Shown here: piece by piece, positions 59,856 through 64,000 of the stretch
Layout: the number at the start of each line of letters is the position of its first letter
Numbering within the stretch: the first letter of the stretch is position 1
Program-made: the position numbers and the translations under genes
Notes under the pieces: model-generated
What the model saw: only the letters and a program-made list of their open reading frames with translations
Told to the model about the DNA's origin: nothing
Database searches by the model: none
Source of the DNA: Octopus vulgaris
Taxonomy: Eukaryota
NCBI GenBank assembly: GCA_951406725.2
Contig: OX597825.1
Coordinates: 7,750,001 to 7,814,000, forward strand
Reading direction: 5' to 3'
DNA length: 64,000 nt

Positions 59856-62160
59856 CACGCTCATACACTTGTATGTACATAGACACACTCACACACATAC
59901 ACACACACACAGACATATATGGATATGATATATATCATTATTATGTTCACACATGTTTGTATATTCACAATCATGTTTGTATGTAGGTGTATGTATATAC
60001 ATCTAGTATAGCTTCAAGTTATAAACGCTTATTTTCGCACACCGCAACCATCTTGAGCTAGACGCAGTCTCCAAAGCTTTACTTGAGCATCTGACGAAGC
60101 TGTTCGATTTTGTAAATAGAATTACTTGCCAATAATGTTTGTATCCAAGGTTGACATTTCTCACATTCCAATGATTCGGCAAATATCTAAAGACCCAGTA
60201 ACTGTCAGTGATTAGTAGTGCGGTCTTTCGAATAACCAAACGGGAAATATTAATTTCTTTAGCTACGACTAAGGCTTGTAATCAATTACGTTAATTATTA
60301 TTATGTAACCGCTATATATTTCATTGAAGAGAAAACAACGATTAATTGGCATGGAATTGTATGGAAAACTTAAAGGGACATAAAAGCAAAGACTACAAAA
60401 GATTTAGTGTGCAGCACATTAGAGGCTCCCTCTTTATTCTCTTTCAACCTGTATGTAATGCTGGGCTGTTTGTGGGCACCGGAAAGTCTGAAGAATGATG
60501 TCAGTTCGAAATATAGAGAAAGAGCGAAGCGCTTTCGTTTCGTATTGTTAGAAATTTAACAAAGATAACTATTCTTTTGCTTGTTTCAATCATTTGATTG
60601 CAGCCATGCTGGAGTACCGCCCTCAGTCGAGCAAATCGACCCCAGGACTTATTCTTTGCAAGCCTAGTATTTATTCTATCGGTCTTTTTTGCCGAACCGG
60701 TAAGTTACGGAGACGTAAACACACCAGAATCGGTTGTCAAGCGAGGTTGGAGAGTGAGGGACAAACACAGACACACAAACATACACATACACACACAACA
60801 CCAAAGGGACTTTCTCATTGCATTGCATAATGTTCAACTACTACGACCATAGATTCGAGCTGTCAGAGGAGTTGTAAGTGAAAATGGGGAGCGAAACGGC
60901 GCTGTGTAGGAGGCACCCACATATATTGTAGTCACAATTTAACAGTTTAATTTTGTTATGTTGCCTTCCGAATTTGGCTTGGAATTTATTTGAAGAATAC
61001 CTGTCAGATGTAGACTGAAGTAATTATATGTAAAGTTTAATTAGCAGGGCATAGAATTGATCGATAAACTAAATCCGAAACATCAAAACAAAAGGACGAT
61101 GGAACAACATTTGACGAATATACCAAATTCTTTTAAGTTCAAATGCATTCGGTTGGTTCACGTGCCTCAATCGTTTATTCGCATAAACAAGCATTCAATC
61201 TACAAACACTATGACATCAAAATTTTAATTGTATGTTGAAGGGCGGTTTATGATATTTAAGTAGATCAGCTGAATACGACCGTGTAGCGATACTAGCTTT
61301 ATACATAGCAATAAGTGAGAGAAAATTGTGTCGATTGGAAATATAAATTGATTGCTGATTAGACTGAACATGAGTTTCTGTTCACCTCTAAGTAATTTGC
61401 CAACGTTATTAAGTGTTTTTGACAAGACTGTGAAATATGAAGGATATGAAGTATATGAAGACATGGGAATTAGAAAAAGATTAAACAGAAGGTATCAAAA
61501 TGGTAAGTGGAGCAGAAAGGTTTCCCCTATAAATTAAGATCATATTGACTCTCATTTTCCCTGATCTATGATCGTTAATGAAGTAATCAGTCTCTTTAAG
61601 ATCGTGATCGTAATGAGTCAGTGATTTTAAATTGGTAACAGGATCATCAAGAAAAGTTCGTTCTAGTGTGAATGTGGTTCAGTCGGTCTTGCGTAGAATT
61701 TTTTTTCTTAATTTCATGTTACTAAGTAACATGTGGAAAATCATATGCATGGGTGGAAGAACATGGAAAGATGATTCCATGACTCTGTAAGATCGGCGCT
61801 GAACGCTTAATTGAGATATTCATGACATCAAATTTGTCCCCCTTGGATACAGCGATAATTTGCATTGACTTATTTCTCTCGTATTAGTGCAGAAGAAAGA
61901 AACACTTCTTCCTTCTCTTACACTGGAGCAGCTCAAGTCAATTAACTCTAATAGCATCGTAATTGTGAATTACAAATGTTTTGTTTGAATACTATATTGT
62001 ACTACAAAAGAAAAAAAGAAATACTCGTTCAATAATACGCTGTTTCAAATCTGATTTCAGCCTCGCAACTTAACGCCTTCCCATCGAAGCTGACAGTTTC
62101 TCGAAGGCTAACCGTTAAGCTACTACTGTAGCTTGTTGACCCAGGAGGACACACTTTCTG

Positions 62161-62210
<50 letters not shown>

Positions 62211-62224
62211 CACAGAAAGTGTGT

Positions 62225-62265
<41 letters not shown>

Positions 62266-62405
62266 GAGATAGATAAAGAAGGTGAAATATATATATATAT
62301 ATATATATAATAACAAAGGGTGAAATTAATTAATTAAGAAGTAATCAGTAATTTCACCAAGTAGAATTCGGCATGTAAAAGACCAATTCATGGAAGGTTT
62401 AAGTA

Positions 62406-62552
62406 ATACTAAATAATTAGGGTTCAGCAACGATTTGCCTTACCACACACCGAATTTAGAAATAGCAGTCAAAATGTCTTGGCTATTCCTTCTACTTTAA
62501 AGTAGAAGGAATAGCCAAGGCAAATCGTTGCTGAACCCTAATTATTTAGTAT
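62406..62552. repeat. Nested perfect palindromes
   Basis: Outer 36-bp arms 62406-62441 / 62517-62552; inner spacerless 42-bp palindrome 62478-62519. Confidence 0.95.
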
Positions 62553-63273
62553 ATGCATATATTTATGTGTATGTATCTGTGTTTGTCCCCCCGCCACCAG
62601 GCCTGCCATCGCTTGACAACCAGTGGTGATATATTTATGTTTCCGTAACTTAACAGTTCGGCGAAGGATACCGATAGAATAAGAACTAAATGTACAAAGT
62701 TCTGGGGTTGACTTTTTCGACTAAAAGTCATTTAAGGTGGTGATCCAGTATGGCCATAGTCAACTGACTGATACAACAAGTAAAAGAATAAAAGAATATA
62801 TATATATATATATATACTCTTTTACTCTTTTACTTGTTTCAGTCATTTGACTGCGGCCATGCTAGAGCACCGCCTTTAGTCGAGCAAATCGACCCCGGGA
62901 CTTATTCTTTGTAAGCCCAGTACTTATTCTATCGGTCTCTTTTTGCCGAACCGCTAAGTGACGGGGACGTAAACACACCAGTATCGGTTGTCAAGCAATG
63001 CTAGACACACAAACATAGACAAACATAGACACACAAACATACATATAGATATACATATATACGACAGGCTTCTTTCAGTTTCCGTCTACCAAATCCACTC
63101 ACAAGGCATTGGTCAGTCCAAGGCTATAGCAGAAGACACTTACCCAAGATGCTACGCAGTGGGAGTGAAGCCGGAACCATGTGGTTGGTTAGCAAGCTAC
63201 TTACCACACAGCCACTCCTGCGAAGTTCTGCTGGTGATATATATATATATATATATATGAAATAAATATATGC

Positions 63274-63319
<46 letters not shown>

Positions 63320-63512
63320 AATATATGCATATATACATATATATATACATACCTGCATATATATGTATATATACATGCATATATGCGTACAGGACATCAA
63401 AAAATAAAAAAAACGTTGAGCACAATGAGAAACGAACACATAAAAACAAAAACATACAAAATGAACAACGAAAAGAAACAGTGAAAAAAAGGGGTGCAAC
63501 ATAAAGAATATT

Positions 63513-63575
63513 CCCCTTCATCAGTTGTCCCTGTTTCATCTACTTCGCGTTTTCGAAGGAAAGGACAATACGCGA
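63513..63575 (-). ncRNA. Candidate hammerhead ribozyme with non-circularly permuted strand order
   Basis: UCGCG-UA-UUGUCC / CUUC-GAAAA-CGCGA / GGACAA-CUGAUGA-A-GGGG: all core motifs and three helices are present but non-nested; followed by a U-rich Penelope-like tail. Confidence 0.55.
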
Positions 63576-64000
63576 CTTCGATTTGTAAATACCTCGTATA
63601 TTCTTTTCCAGTACGCAATTGGTGCTTAATTTATCGACCTCGAAATGATGAAAGGCAAAGTCGACCTCGGCGGAATTTGAACCCAGAACATAAAGACAAA
63701 CGAAATACTGCTAAGCATTTCGCCCGGCGTGCTAACAATTCTGCCAGCTCGCCGCCTTCATATATACCTAGTATATTGTCTTCGAGAAACTGTCGGCTTC
63801 GATGGGAAGGTGTTAAGTTGCGAGGCAGAAATCAGATTTGAAACTGATTAACAAAACATATGTTGAGATATTTCCAAAAGCCGCCAATATCATCTTCTCT
63901 ATTTATTTCTTGTCCGACTTTTCACTTAGAAACTAATAATGTACCGGAGCTAATACGTTACTGAGAAAGAGTACAGTCGATTGAAGCGACATCTATATAA

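Larger units (their letters stand above)
62042..63844. repeat. 65-bp inverted repeat pair (62042-62106 / 63780-63844)
   Basis: 62 of 65 positions are Watson-Crick complementary; the sequence was not seen elsewhere in the window. Confidence 0.92.

Overview
Eukaryotic, AT-rich, largely non-coding DNA saturated with microsatellites and short interspersed repeats. The repeat content resembles a coleoid cephalopod (Octopus-like) genome; this is inference from repeat style, not a database match. No intact protein-coding gene is supportable, and nearly all listed ORFs are microsatellite translations. Supported features: at least five tRNA-headed SINE-like families (some copies with clean TSDs), a decayed Tc1/mariner transposase, a 5'-truncated R4/Dong-type LINE end inside a (TAA)n tract, a possible solo LTR and a probable LINE ORF1 relic. 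The most interesting signal is hammerhead-ribozyme (HHR) cores inside repeats. (i) A tRNA-head + (AAT)n + minimal HHR element that occurs in inverted head-to-head arrangements typical of Penelope-like retroelements. (ii) A second minimal-HHR repeat family. (iii) An HHR at 63513-63575 whose three strands lie in a non-nested, non-circularly permuted order, with a partial analogue at 4570-4599. Also noted: a pre-miRNA-like hairpin, several long palindromes, a 65-bp inverted pair 1.7 kb apart, a signal-peptide + poly-Asp ORF of doubtful reality, and candidate promoter/enhancer patches.
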